Shown: piece after piece, positions 33,584 to 41,742 of the stretch
Position numbering within the stretch: the stretch's first letter is position 1
How the letters are laid out: every line of letters begins with the position of its first letter
Assembly (NCBI GenBank): GCA_026413685.1
Contig: JAOAKK010000001.1
Coordinates: 1-47,850, forward strand
Length of the DNA: 47,850 nt
Origin: Candidatus Micrarchaeota archaeon
GTDB taxonomy: Archaea > Micrarchaeota > Micrarchaeia > CAILAH01
Reading direction: 5' to 3'
Notes under the pieces: model-generated
Told to the model about the DNA's origin: nothing
The model's input: the letters and a program-made list of their open reading frames with translations, nothing else
Database searches by the model: none
Position numbers and translations under genes: made by a program

Positions 33584-34219
33584 ATGATGACAATGGTTAA
33601 TGGGAAAGGAGCAACGACTTATATGCAAGGCAAGATGCAGCAGCCAGACAACAAAAACGGGTTCTCGGCCAAAAAGCCATTGGAAGAGCAGCTTTCATAT
33701 GAGTTTGTTTCAGCGATAGATTCTGCAATAAACAAGTACTATAAAGCCACAGGAAATGGAAGCAATACCAAAAAGGAAAATCCCCAAAATTCCAGCTCCA
33801 GCTATGATATGGAAGCGCTTTTGGATGCAACATTGAAAGCACTCAAAAGCCACCCGCTGCGTGCTGCTGATACATGCACAGCATCGCACAAAGCTACCCA
33901 TTCTTCGGTGGCAAATCCTGAAGTGAGGTCCATCCCTGAAAATGCTCGCGCAAGCATAAAGAGCAGGATTAGTGCGATACGCGTTGAAGTTAATTGGATG
34001 GTTATAAGCTCTTTCAAGTACCGTATTCTTGTCAGGTTTGGCATACCCAACGCTATGAGCTCGATGGTTAAAGTGCTCGATGCAATCGAGGCCGGTGACA
34101 AGAGTGCAGTATCAGAATCAGACTTGGAACGGGTAAAATCAAAAGAGGCATTGTATAGCTTCCTGGAAGAGCTCGCTGATATTGGCGACCCAACCGCATC
34201 ATATTTTATTAAGGGCTGA
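33584..34219 (+). CDS. Hypothetical protein
   Basis: ORF only. Low-complexity polar N-terminal half. No motif recognised. Confidence 0.3.
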   Translation: MMTMVNGKGATTYMQGKMQQPDNKNGFSAKKPLEEQLSYEFVSAIDSAINKYYKATGNGSNTKKENPQNSSSSYDMEALLDATLKALKSHPLRAADTCTASHKATHSSVANPEVRSIPENARASIKSRISAIRVEVNWMVISSFKYRILVRFGIPNAMSSMVKVLDAIEAGDKSAVSESDLERVKSKEALYSFLEELADIGDPTASYFIKG

Positions 34220-34220
34220 G

Positions 34221-35162
34221 TTACTCAGGAGGCGCACCACCCAGCCTTTTCTTTTCAGCCTCAAGCTGCCCATATGCTCTCTTTACTTTCTGCCTATACT
34301 CAAGTGATAGCTTTCCTATACCTTTGTTTTTCTCTTTTGTGCTAATCACTTTGGCAGGCCCTGAATTATACGCTGCGGCAAGCTCATCAATATCCTGTGT
34401 GTTGAGCTGCTTTTGGAGGTATGCAACATATCTTGCAGCATACCTGATTGATAGTGCATAATCAGCCACCGTTTCCTCGTATGGCTTTGCATTTTTGCCA
34501 AGCCCGAGCAATTTGGTTATAGTTTCATAAGTTGGTTTTGTTATCTGCATCAGCCCCCTGGACTCTTTGTTTATGTCTCCTTTCCCAGAGATGGCATTAT
34601 TGTAGAAGTTTGGGTTTTTCTTAAGCCGTTTTCCAACTATATCCAGGGCATTAGTATCGGCCCTTCCGGAATGCTCTGCAACAATCAGTGATGCAATGAA
34701 CAGCGGGTCAACCTTATACATATTTGACCAGTGCATTATCTGTGTCGAGAGGGCATCACCAAACTTCTCAGATAGTGCATTATAATCTATGCTTGTCTTA
34801 TCAACCTGCAATGCGGGCGTAGGTATGGCTTTTTTCCCGGCCACTTTAGGCTTTTCAACAACCGGCACAGTTTTGCCCCCGATGCGTTTTGCAATGGTGA
34901 TTACATAATATTCACGCCCATCAGCATCCTTAGATTTCTTGTTTTTTATGGAAAACTCATTTTCCGGCAAGATTTCCTTAAGCTGTGCAAGTGCATTATT
35001 CATAGAAGCAGGTGTGCCATACCACAATTCAGCATATCTCGTCTTCCCATTGAGTATTTCACGTATGGGCTTTTTTGCAGCTTCAGCCAGCTTTGCCTCT
35101 TCTAGCCGCTGAATTTTGTTTTCTGAGAGTTGCTGTGCCATAGTATACCTATTCAAACCCAT
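34221..35162 (-). CDS. SLT-domain (lytic transglycosylase / goose-lysozyme fold)-like protein, no signal peptide
   Basis: C-terminal half carries the three SLT landmarks in order: catalytic-Glu region LIVAEHSG, SRGLMQITKPTY, and AAAYNSGPAKV. An alternative start is ATG 35141. Confidence 0.65.
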   Translation of the reverse strand: MGLNRYTMAQQLSENKIQRLEEAKLAEAAKKPIREILNGKTRYAELWYGTPASMNNALAQLKEILPENEFSIKNKKSKDADGREYYVITIAKRIGGKTVPVVEKPKVAGKKAIPTPALQVDKTSIDYNALSEKFGDALSTQIMHWSNMYKVDPLFIASLIVAEHSGRADTNALDIVGKRLKKNPNFYNNAISGKGDINKESRGLMQITKPTYETITKLLGLGKNAKPYEETVADYALSIRYAARYVAYLQKQLNTQDIDELAAAYNSGPAKVISTKEKNKGIGKLSLEYRQKVKRAYGQLEAEKKRLGGAPPE

Positions 35163-35164
35163 TG

Positions 35165-35186
35165 CTTATATAGTTTCCTATATAAG
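35165..35186. promoter_or_regulatory. Twin inverted TATA elements in a 31-bp divergent intergenic region
   Basis: CTTATATAG-tttc-CTATATAAG, a perfect 9-bp inverted repeat. It lies between the divergent start codons at 35162 (-) and 35194 (+). Confidence 0.45.
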
Positions 35187-35193
35187 TTATAGT

Positions 35194-37869
35194 ATGAGAT
35201 TCTACTTAGTACTGCTTCTTGTTTTTGCTGGTATCACAGTTGTATATCCGGAAATGGATTATATGGAATGTGCAAGGAATTGTGAGACCATGACAGGCAT
35301 CTGGGCGTGCGACTATGCCTACTGTGCGCTCTATGACATGGCCTCCTACAACGCAATGACGCCGCAGCAGCAGTGCGCATTTGACTGCATATGGGAGTAT
35401 AGGCGGTGCAAGAGCGGGGTGCAGCCAACCGGCAGCGGCTCACAATATTACGAAAATCCAGGTGCTGCCTATCGTGCTGAAAAGGAGGCAACATGCGATA
35501 ATACATACAGGAGCTGTATGGAAGCAAACGAGATAGGTGCGGATTTCTCTGAGCTTGATGATTACTGCGTTAAGAAAGAATCTGACTGCTACACAGCCCT
35601 TCTTGATAAATACTGTAAGCCGGTGCAGGCCTCCTGCGTCACAAAATGCGGCGAGGCAAAGCCGCCCGAGCAGCCTGCCGAGGAGAAAAAGCCGTGCTAT
35701 GGCACAACAACACCACGCGAGTATTGCAATTCTTACTGCAAGTCAAAGCGTGGGAATGATTGCGCGTTCATTGCATATGTGCAGTGGGAGGGCACGGTAA
35801 TTGACTGCTCATGCAACTGCCCAGCTGGCGGTGAGACATATTATAAGATAGACTGCACAAAGCCCCTTCCCCTGGCGCAGCAGGCAACGGACAAGTGCAG
35901 GGGTGTTGAATGCCCCGACAAGTGCGAAGGAGGCATAATGCATACGAAAGGCTCGTGCAATCCAGGCACAGGGGCGTGCACATACAGGGAAGAGCAGTGC
36001 CCGCAAGGATGTGAAGGCAGCACAAAATGCAAGCCTGTGTCAATGCAGGGGGAAGTTTTTTACTATGATTCTTCTGGCAAGAAAGTGCCCTTGAGATTTG
36101 TGAAGATTGAGGCGATCGCAGTAAAAGATTCGCACATCTATGCATATGGCCACCTTTCGACTGATGAGAATGGCAAGTTTGTGTGGGATGACCCGAAAGC
36201 GTTCCAGCCTGGCTATGAGATATCAGTGGAGGTCCTGTTTGATGAGTCAAAAGGCAGGCTATTCCTTGTTGACAACGACCCCACCTTCCCGCTCAGGATT
36301 TTGTATGAAGACAGCATACCTGTTGAAGATAAGCGGCTTTCAAATTACCAGATGGACCTAACAAGCCATAAAGTGCAGGCACTTTCGGATGCAGCAAAGG
36401 TTTTCGTGACGGCACAGAAGGCAGTTGAGTTCAAGGAAAAAGTGTTCAAAAAATCCCAAACCGTTAAAGAGCGGGTTTTCGTGCATAACCCAGGCGGCAA
36501 TTCACACATCTCAGAAGTTTGGAAAGATGAGGACCCAAGCGCACCAGGGATGCGCCTGCTTGAGATGAGCTCTTCCTTTACCTCCTCATACATCGAAGAT
36601 ACAATATACCACGAGTACTGTCACCACATACAAGATGAGCTGTTCAACACAAAGGAGAGCCATCGCGGTAAGGATCACGGTGGCTATTACACAAACCCGG
36701 ATTCTGGCTGGGGCCTTGTTGAGGGATGGGCAGAATATTGTGCGTGGGAGATGAAGAATTACTACAAGGATAACCCAGATTACGACCTCTACCGCATACG
36801 TGGTGTTGCGTTTAACCTTGAGCTGAATTACCAGATGCGCGAGAAAGTATTCCGCGAGAAGAATATCTATAGCACACCCAGCGTGATGGAAGAGATGGCA
36901 ATTGCATCATTACTGGTAGACCTGCGTGATTCGCCACAGTCGCGTGGTGGCATGGATGACGATTTCGTATCCATCCCAATATCAACACTGATGGATGCAT
37001 ACTCACAAAAGCGCGATTTTGGTGATGGGGAAGGCGCAAGGCACGTGAAAACGCTGCGGGACCTTTATGTTGCACTCAAGGAGTCCGGCTACAAGCCGTT
37101 GCTTGAGTATTATGATAAGGACAAGAAGATAACACAGCTTGACAAGATATTCATAATGCACGGCGCATACCAGGACCTAAACAAGAACGGCAGGTGGGAT
37201 GATGGTGAGCCGCCCGGATATTCAGGAAACGGCGCTGCAGCTTCTGAATACAGGAGCGATCTTGAAGCGCTCAACGGCAGTGAAGTGGTTCTTGCGCTTG
37301 TTGACCAGGATGGCAGCCCAATAAAGGAAGGTGTAATGGTGCACGTTGATGTTAAGTTCAGTGGTGATAATGCATACTTATCATATTCCTATGATGTTCC
37401 GGTTTCTGAGGGTGCACTTTATATCCCATACCCGCCACGCGAGTATGATGCAACGATAACGATGTATGCATACCAGCCAGGCACAGGCAGCAGGGCGGCA
37501 GAGCAGCTTGTATTAACAACACAGGAATTCTATGATAAGGTGGACGGCAGCAAGCCGATAGGCACATACTCCGCTAAAGTTACTGTGCAGAAGAACGTCC
37601 CGTGCAAAGAAGACTATGAGTGTGTTTACAAAGGGCAGGGATTATCCTGCAGGAGCGGCTTGTGCACTGCCCAGCCGGCCAAAGCCTCATCGGGCTTGCC
37701 TCAAGGGACAGGCATGTGCAACGCAAACAGCGATTGCGGCCAGGGCTATGTGTGTGAAGCCCATAAATGTGCCAGCAAGGAGGAGCCATCAGGGTTGTGC
37801 CTGGTCCTTCCAGCGCTAGTTGGTCTGGCTGCTGCTGGCAGCGTTGCACTGCGGCGCACAACCAGGTAA
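35194..37869 (+). CDS. Large Cys-rich secreted/surface protein with HExxHH metalloprotease-like motif and C-terminal hydrophobic anchor
   Basis: Signal peptide MRFYLVLLLVFAGITVVYP. About 290-aa Cys-rich N-terminal region. IYHEYCHHIQDEL (nt 36610-36639). Two small Cys-knot-like modules, then GLCLVLPALVGLAAAGSVALRRTTR, which resembles archaeosortase-type C-terminal sorting signals. Start trimmed from 35116. Confidence 0.7.
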   Translation: MRFYLVLLLVFAGITVVYPEMDYMECARNCETMTGIWACDYAYCALYDMASYNAMTPQQQCAFDCIWEYRRCKSGVQPTGSGSQYYENPGAAYRAEKEATCDNTYRSCMEANEIGADFSELDDYCVKKESDCYTALLDKYCKPVQASCVTKCGEAKPPEQPAEEKKPCYGTTTPREYCNSYCKSKRGNDCAFIAYVQWEGTVIDCSCNCPAGGETYYKIDCTKPLPLAQQATDKCRGVECPDKCEGGIMHTKGSCNPGTGACTYREEQCPQGCEGSTKCKPVSMQGEVFYYDSSGKKVPLRFVKIEAIAVKDSHIYAYGHLSTDENGKFVWDDPKAFQPGYEISVEVLFDESKGRLFLVDNDPTFPLRILYEDSIPVEDKRLSNYQMDLTSHKVQALSDAAKVFVTAQKAVEFKEKVFKKSQTVKERVFVHNPGGNSHISEVWKDEDPSAPGMRLLEMSSSFTSSYIEDTIYHEYCHHIQDELFNTKESHRGKDHGGYYTNPDSGWGLVEGWAEYCAWEMKNYYKDNPDYDLYRIRGVAFNLELNYQMREKVFREKNIYSTPSVMEEMAIASLLVDLRDSPQSRGGMDDDFVSIPISTLMDAYSQKRDFGDGEGARHVKTLRDLYVALKESGYKPLLEYYDKDKKITQLDKIFIMHGAYQDLNKNGRWDDGEPPGYSGNGAAASEYRSDLEALNGSEVVLALVDQDGSPIKEGVMVHVDVKFSGDNAYLSYSYDVPVSEGALYIPYPPREYDATITMYAYQPGTGSRAAEQLVLTTQEFYDKVDGSKPIGTYSAKVTVQKNVPCKEDYECVYKGQGLSCRSGLCTAQPAKASSGLPQGTGMCNANSDCGQGYVCEAHKCASKEEPSGLCLVLPALVGLAAAGSVALRRTTR

Positions 37870-37883
37870 TTTTTCTTTTTACA

Positions 37884-37996
37884 TTGCGAAAGCCCGCGCT
37901 GGGGCAACAAGGTTCAAAAAAGAATTAGGCCAGTCCATCGGGACTGGCGGTGGCGTTTTGGCGACCTGCTATGGCCGCAACTCGGAGTGGAGCTAC
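37884..37996 (-). ncRNA. Candidate structured small RNA of uncertain identity (5S-rRNA-like 5' motif)
   Basis: Sits in a 200-bp gap between convergent genes. The minus strand reads UUGCGGCCAUAGCAGG (as at a 5S rRNA 5' end) and ...GAACCUUGUUGCCCCAGCG (like 5S GAAC...AAGCCC..CAGCG). Contains a perfect 8-bp hairpin GCCAGUCC-CGAU-GGACUGGC. A TATA (TTATAAAT, 38015-38022) lies about 20-25 nt upstream. It lacks a convincing 5S gamma arm and contains a U6 run. Confidence 0.25.
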
Positions 37997-38071
37997 GGAA
38001 TAATTTCCCAAGCAACATTTATAAGCTTTTTTGTGTAAATATTGGGTTTCATTCGGAACACTCTCGTGAAA

Positions 38072-39061
38072 TTATCCCCTGAAAGGCCTGGAGTTTCTTC
38101 TAAGTGCCCGCGCATCCTTCAGGAACGGTGCAATTTCAATCTCCTTGTATATCCTCTCAACATTCCGTGGGTCAATGAGCGCCCTCAAGTCAGCATCTAT
38201 AAGCACGGATGGGTATGAATAGTTGTCATTTATGTCACACAGCGCGTACACCTTGCTTAGTACCCCGCTCCCATCCCCGAACATCTCAATCCTTACAGGC
38301 CTATCATTTTTTCCTGGCTTGATGTAAACGCAATTCAGCCTTTCAGAGTAAGGGAGCAAGTCTTTCAGCACGCCGTTGCTTTTTGGGTCTTTTGAATAAG
38401 GGAGCACTTTGCTCATCTCGCCTTTTTCAAGCACAAGGTCAAGCAGCGTGGTATCCGTTGAGTTGCACAGGACAACACTATCCAAATGCGCAGCATACTC
38501 TTCCAGGAACCTCTTGCTTCGCGAATCCTTGATTATGCCCACAACCTTGTTTTCGTATTTTGAGAACAGCTCCCTGTAGAGCGCAAGCAACGCATCATAC
38601 TCTTTTCTTAGCTCTTTCGATGACGGCTTGTCACCTGGTAGTGGGACGAGTGAGCCGTCAACGAGGAGGAGGTCACACCTTTCAGCAACCTGGAGTGCAA
38701 GCGAGATTTCCTCTTTGAGCCTTATGATATTTTTGTAGCTGCCAAGCTCCATCAGGTCCATCGAGCCGTGCACATGCAGTTTTTCCTTTGGTAATGGTGA
38801 GGGCAGGTACTCGTGCCTCTTTAGCTTTCCATTCTCGTATTCAAAGATTACACCCACAGCTTTCGTTATTATCAAGTCGAACGCATGGAATTCTTGCAGC
38901 ACAATGCCCGCATCAACCGCCCCAACACGCACGCTTATACCACTGCCGGCCCCCTCACATCTCTTTTTTATATTCCCTATGCCGAGCAGTGCTTTTGCGG
39001 CGTTTGCCCTTGCCATCTCGGCCTTTTGAAGCTCTTGCACAAGCCCTTTTAACCCATCCAT
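38072..39061 (-). CDS. nurA: NurA-like 5'-3' nuclease
   Basis: VGAVDAG near the N-terminus and CDLLLVDGSLVP, in the NurA-domain arrangement. 329 aa. No herA/mre11/rad50 adjacent. Confidence 0.55.
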   Translation of the reverse strand: MDGLKGLVQELQKAEMARANAAKALLGIGNIKKRCEGAGSGISVRVGAVDAGIVLQEFHAFDLIITKAVGVIFEYENGKLKRHEYLPSPLPKEKLHVHGSMDLMELGSYKNIIRLKEEISLALQVAERCDLLLVDGSLVPLPGDKPSSKELRKEYDALLALYRELFSKYENKVVGIIKDSRSKRFLEEYAAHLDSVVLCNSTDTTLLDLVLEKGEMSKVLPYSKDPKSNGVLKDLLPYSERLNCVYIKPGKNDRPVRIEMFGDGSGVLSKVYALCDINDNYSYPSVLIDADLRALIDPRNVERIYKEIEIAPFLKDARALRRNSRPFRG

Positions 39062-39127
39062 TTTAGCACTCCTTCAGTATGTTGCTCCCTAAAACGTATT
39101 TAACACTTAGTGCAGAATGGTTCCTGT

Positions 39128-39484
39128 ATGCTTGATGAGATTAAGCAGGTGATAATTGTCCGTAGCGACCTTCAGATGGGGAAAGGCAAGGCGGTTGCAC
39201 AGGCGTGCCATGCGGCAATCCGTGCGTTTGAGGCAGCCTGTGAATTAACACCGCGCATTGTTTCCGGCTGGAAAATGCAGGGTGAAAAGAAGATAGTTGT
39301 GAAAGCGCCGCTTGCTGAGATGCAGGGTATTTTTTCAAGGGCGAAGAGAGCGGGGCTTCCCTGCGCGCTCATACAGGATGCAGGGCTTACACAGCTCGAG
39401 CCAGGCACGGTTACAGCCATGGCAATCGGCCCTGCAAAATCATCCGAGGTTGACGCACTCACGAAACACCTGAAGCTATTATAG
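39128..39484 (+). CDS. pth2: Peptidyl-tRNA hydrolase, archaeal type (Pth2)
   Basis: KQVIIVRSDLQMGKGKAVAQACHAA...IQDAGLTQLEPGTVTAMAIGP. About 118 aa. Confidence 0.88.
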   Translation: MLDEIKQVIIVRSDLQMGKGKAVAQACHAAIRAFEAACELTPRIVSGWKMQGEKKIVVKAPLAEMQGIFSRAKRAGLPCALIQDAGLTQLEPGTVTAMAIGPAKSSEVDALTKHLKLL

Positions 39485-39492
39485 GTGGTAAT

Positions 39493-39963
39493 ATGGTGGA
39501 CACATTTAAGAAAAAGACAGATTTCAAGAAGGCCGAGCCTAAAGAGGCACGCCCGCGGATAGCAGGCAAGTTTCTTGAAGATGAGAAAAACAAGCTTAGG
39601 CATGATACAGGTGAAAGCGAGATGGTGGTCCCAGCAGAGATATCAAAAGGGCCTGCTGAAGACCTCAAGAAGCCGGATGAAGGGAAGGAAGCTTCAAGTG
39701 CAAGGTGGGACTTATTCCTGGCATATTTCTTTGCACCGCTGGGATCGCTTATCCTCTACCTGCTCAACAAGGAGGAAAGGGCAGTGCTCCACTCAAAGCA
39801 ATCTGCAGTTCTCTGGGTTATAAGCGTGTTTTTCTGGATGTTTCTGCTAGGATGGGCTGTATGGCTTTATGGCATATTTGTTGGGTACAAGGCTGCTGTG
39901 GGTGAGGATGTTGACATTCCTGTAATATCCCAAGCGCTTCGTGCAAGCAAGGACAAGCCATAA
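39493..39963 (+). CDS. Small membrane protein (DUF4870-like)
   Basis: Charged N-terminus followed by two or three TM helices, with LYLLNKEERAVLHSKQSAVLW resembling the DUF4870 pattern. Confidence 0.4.
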   Translation: MVDTFKKKTDFKKAEPKEARPRIAGKFLEDEKNKLRHDTGESEMVVPAEISKGPAEDLKKPDEGKEASSARWDLFLAYFFAPLGSLILYLLNKEERAVLHSKQSAVLWVISVFFWMFLLGWAVWLYGIFVGYKAAVGEDVDIPVISQALRASKDKP

Positions 39964-39994
39964 CTCAGGGAAGCAATAGCTTCAGGTGCAGGTA

Positions 39995-40279
39995 TCACTT
40001 GATTTTGTATACCTGGAGCACCGGCACGCCACAGATATATTTGATATCTTCTTTTTTTGCAATCCCCTTCCTGATGAGGAAAGATGTGCTCTCCTCACCA
40101 ACCGCGTTTATTGATTCAAACACGCCATCAAACAGTGCGGCGTCATCCCCGATATAAAAACTCCTATACGTGTCAAGGTCAAGCATAACATTGCCGTCTT
40201 GGAGCTTCTTGCCAATAAGCGACTTGTCGCAGAGTGCAAACACAACTTTTCCTTTGCTTTCGTGCCGCTTACAGTACAC
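39995..40279 (-). CDS. DUF424-family conserved archaeal protein
   Basis: GTG start. KVVFALCDKSLIGKKL...FYIGD matches my recollection of the DUF424 N-terminus. A TATA lies 22 nt upstream. Confidence 0.5.
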   Translation of the reverse strand: MYCKRHESKGKVVFALCDKSLIGKKLQDGNVMLDLDTYRSFYIGDDAALFDGVFESINAVGEESTSFLIRKGIAKKEDIKYICGVPVLQVYKIK

Positions 40280-40296
40280 AATACCGCTTTGTTATC

Positions 40297-40314
40297 GAAT
40301 GTATTTAAACATTC
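40297..40314. promoter_or_regulatory. Bidirectional quasi-palindromic TATA motif
   Basis: GAATGTATTTAAACATTC. The TATA core at 40302-40309 lies 22 nt from GTG 40279 (-) and 21 nt from ATG 40331 (+). Confidence 0.55.
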
Positions 40315-40330
40315 CCGCAGAATTAGGATT

Positions 40331-40906
40331 ATGGCCTCTCAAGCCACCGGCAATGATGCGGGTGCAGTTGACAATGCATACGAGCAAATAATTGCACACT
40401 CAAACGAGATGTATGACCGCGGCGAGTACAAGGAAGCGCTTGATAAGTATGAGGATGCAAGCAGGCTTGACCCAAAACAAGGCCTAGCATGGTATATGAA
40501 AGGCATGACACTGTTCAAGATGGAAAAATACGAAGAGGCGCTGCAGGCATTTGATATGGCAACGAAGCTTGACATAAACCTCGTAGAGCCGATTATAGGC
40601 AAGGCATACGTGTTCATGAAGCTGTTTAATTTCAATGACGCAATCAAAGTGCTTAATGAGGCGTTTTTGAAGAGCATGGACTACCACATTGCCTGTATGA
40701 TAGGCCTGTGCTATGTGATGCTTGAGAATGAGGATGAGGCCGTAGCGTGGTTTAAGAGGGCGTTTGAGAAGGATAAGGAATCAACACTCAGCTTTTTTGA
40801 TGAGATGTATGCAGAGCTTGTGCTGAAGGATGAAAACATCACAGTGGACGAGAAAGTAGCTGTAAAAGCCGCCATAGACAAGCTCAAGAAAAAATTCACA
40901 TCGTAG
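40331..40906 (+). CDS. TPR-repeat protein
   Basis: Repeated 34-aa units (YKEALDKYEDASRLDPKQGLAWYMKGMTLFKMEKYEEALQAFDMATKLD...). Start trimmed to ATG 40331. Confidence 0.7.
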   Translation: MASQATGNDAGAVDNAYEQIIAHSNEMYDRGEYKEALDKYEDASRLDPKQGLAWYMKGMTLFKMEKYEEALQAFDMATKLDINLVEPIIGKAYVFMKLFNFNDAIKVLNEAFLKSMDYHIACMIGLCYVMLENEDEAVAWFKRAFEKDKESTLSFFDEMYAELVLKDENITVDEKVAVKAAIDKLKKKFTS

Positions 40907-40914
40907 TTATTATT

Positions 40915-41136
40915 TTATCCGAGCAGCTTTTTTAGGGCGCCGAGCAGCCCTTTCACCCATTTTTTCTTAAACCCGGAGAGCATTGAGAATATTTCCTTGT
41001 TTGACAATTGCCTTGCATGGGCCTTATACGCGTGCTCTTTTTTTGACTCGCTGATTATTTCTCTTTCCTTGAAAGCTTCACTTTTCTTTTTTTCTTCCTT
41101 TGGTGCCTCTTTGTAAACGCCGCTTTCACTTGACAT
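40915..41136 (-). CDS. Small Lys/Glu-rich protein with C-terminal amphipathic helix
   Basis: 73 aa, ending in GFKKKWVKGLLGALKKLLG. Confidence 0.35.
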   Translation of the reverse strand: MSSESGVYKEAPKEEKKKSEAFKEREIISESKKEHAYKAHARQLSNKEIFSMLSGFKKKWVKGLLGALKKLLG

Positions 41137-41187
41137 GATCTCAATTTGGGTTCAAATATTTATAAATTCGGAGTGAGATATACACTC

Positions 41188-41742
41188 ATGGGAGATGTGG
41201 GGCTTGAGCCAGAAAAAAAACCCAGGAAATCAATAGCAACACGAGGTATCCCAAGCAAAGAGTCTTTTTATCTCCCCCCGCATTACTCACCCGACCTCAG
41301 GAAGTTCCAGGATGATAACGAGCTCCCGCTCAGGAATTATTGGACGCTTGATGAGCTGATTAATTTTGTATTCCCCAAGAAATACCAGCCAACATATCAC
41401 GAGATATCTATTATTTTTATGAAAGAGCTTGTCCAGGTGCACAAGATGGAAGGGAAGGAGATATCCAATTTCATCAGGGCAAATTCAATTTCAAAGGCGA
41501 CGTTCTACAACCGTGTCTTGCCGCGGCTCAAGCGATTAGGGCTTGTTAAGGTTGAGCGCCAGACGATTATTGCAGAGCACAGCAAGCAGAAATACCGCCC
41601 AATGGCCATCTCCCTTAGCAAGACGTTCGGCAACTACCTCAACAAGATAGGGGAATCCTGGCTTGCAATAATAGATGACGCAAGGAGCAGGCAGCCAACA
41701 CAAAATAAAAGGAATGAAATCTCTCCCGGCAATATGCCGTAG
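41188..41742 (+). CDS. Putative winged-helix DNA-binding protein
   Basis: ISNFIRANSISKATFYNRVLPRLKRLGLVKVERQ reads as an HTH plus wing. ATG 41188 lies 20 nt after the TATA ATATTTATAAAT. Confidence 0.45.
   Translation: MGDVGLEPEKKPRKSIATRGIPSKESFYLPPHYSPDLRKFQDDNELPLRNYWTLDELINFVFPKKYQPTYHEISIIFMKELVQVHKMEGKEISNFIRANSISKATFYNRVLPRLKRLGLVKVERQTIIAEHSKQKYRPMAISLSKTFGNYLNKIGESWLAIIDDARSRQPTQNKRNEISPGNMP

Noticed and set aside
37849-37980. Calling the convergent-gap element a bona fide 5S rRNA gene
   Set aside because: Only the 5' ~15 nt and a short GAAC...CAGCG stretch resemble 5S. The loop C, loop E and helix IV/V regions are not recognisable. An internal U6 run is present. The 132-nt version would overlap the upstream CDS. 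It is kept only as a low-confidence ncRNA candidate.
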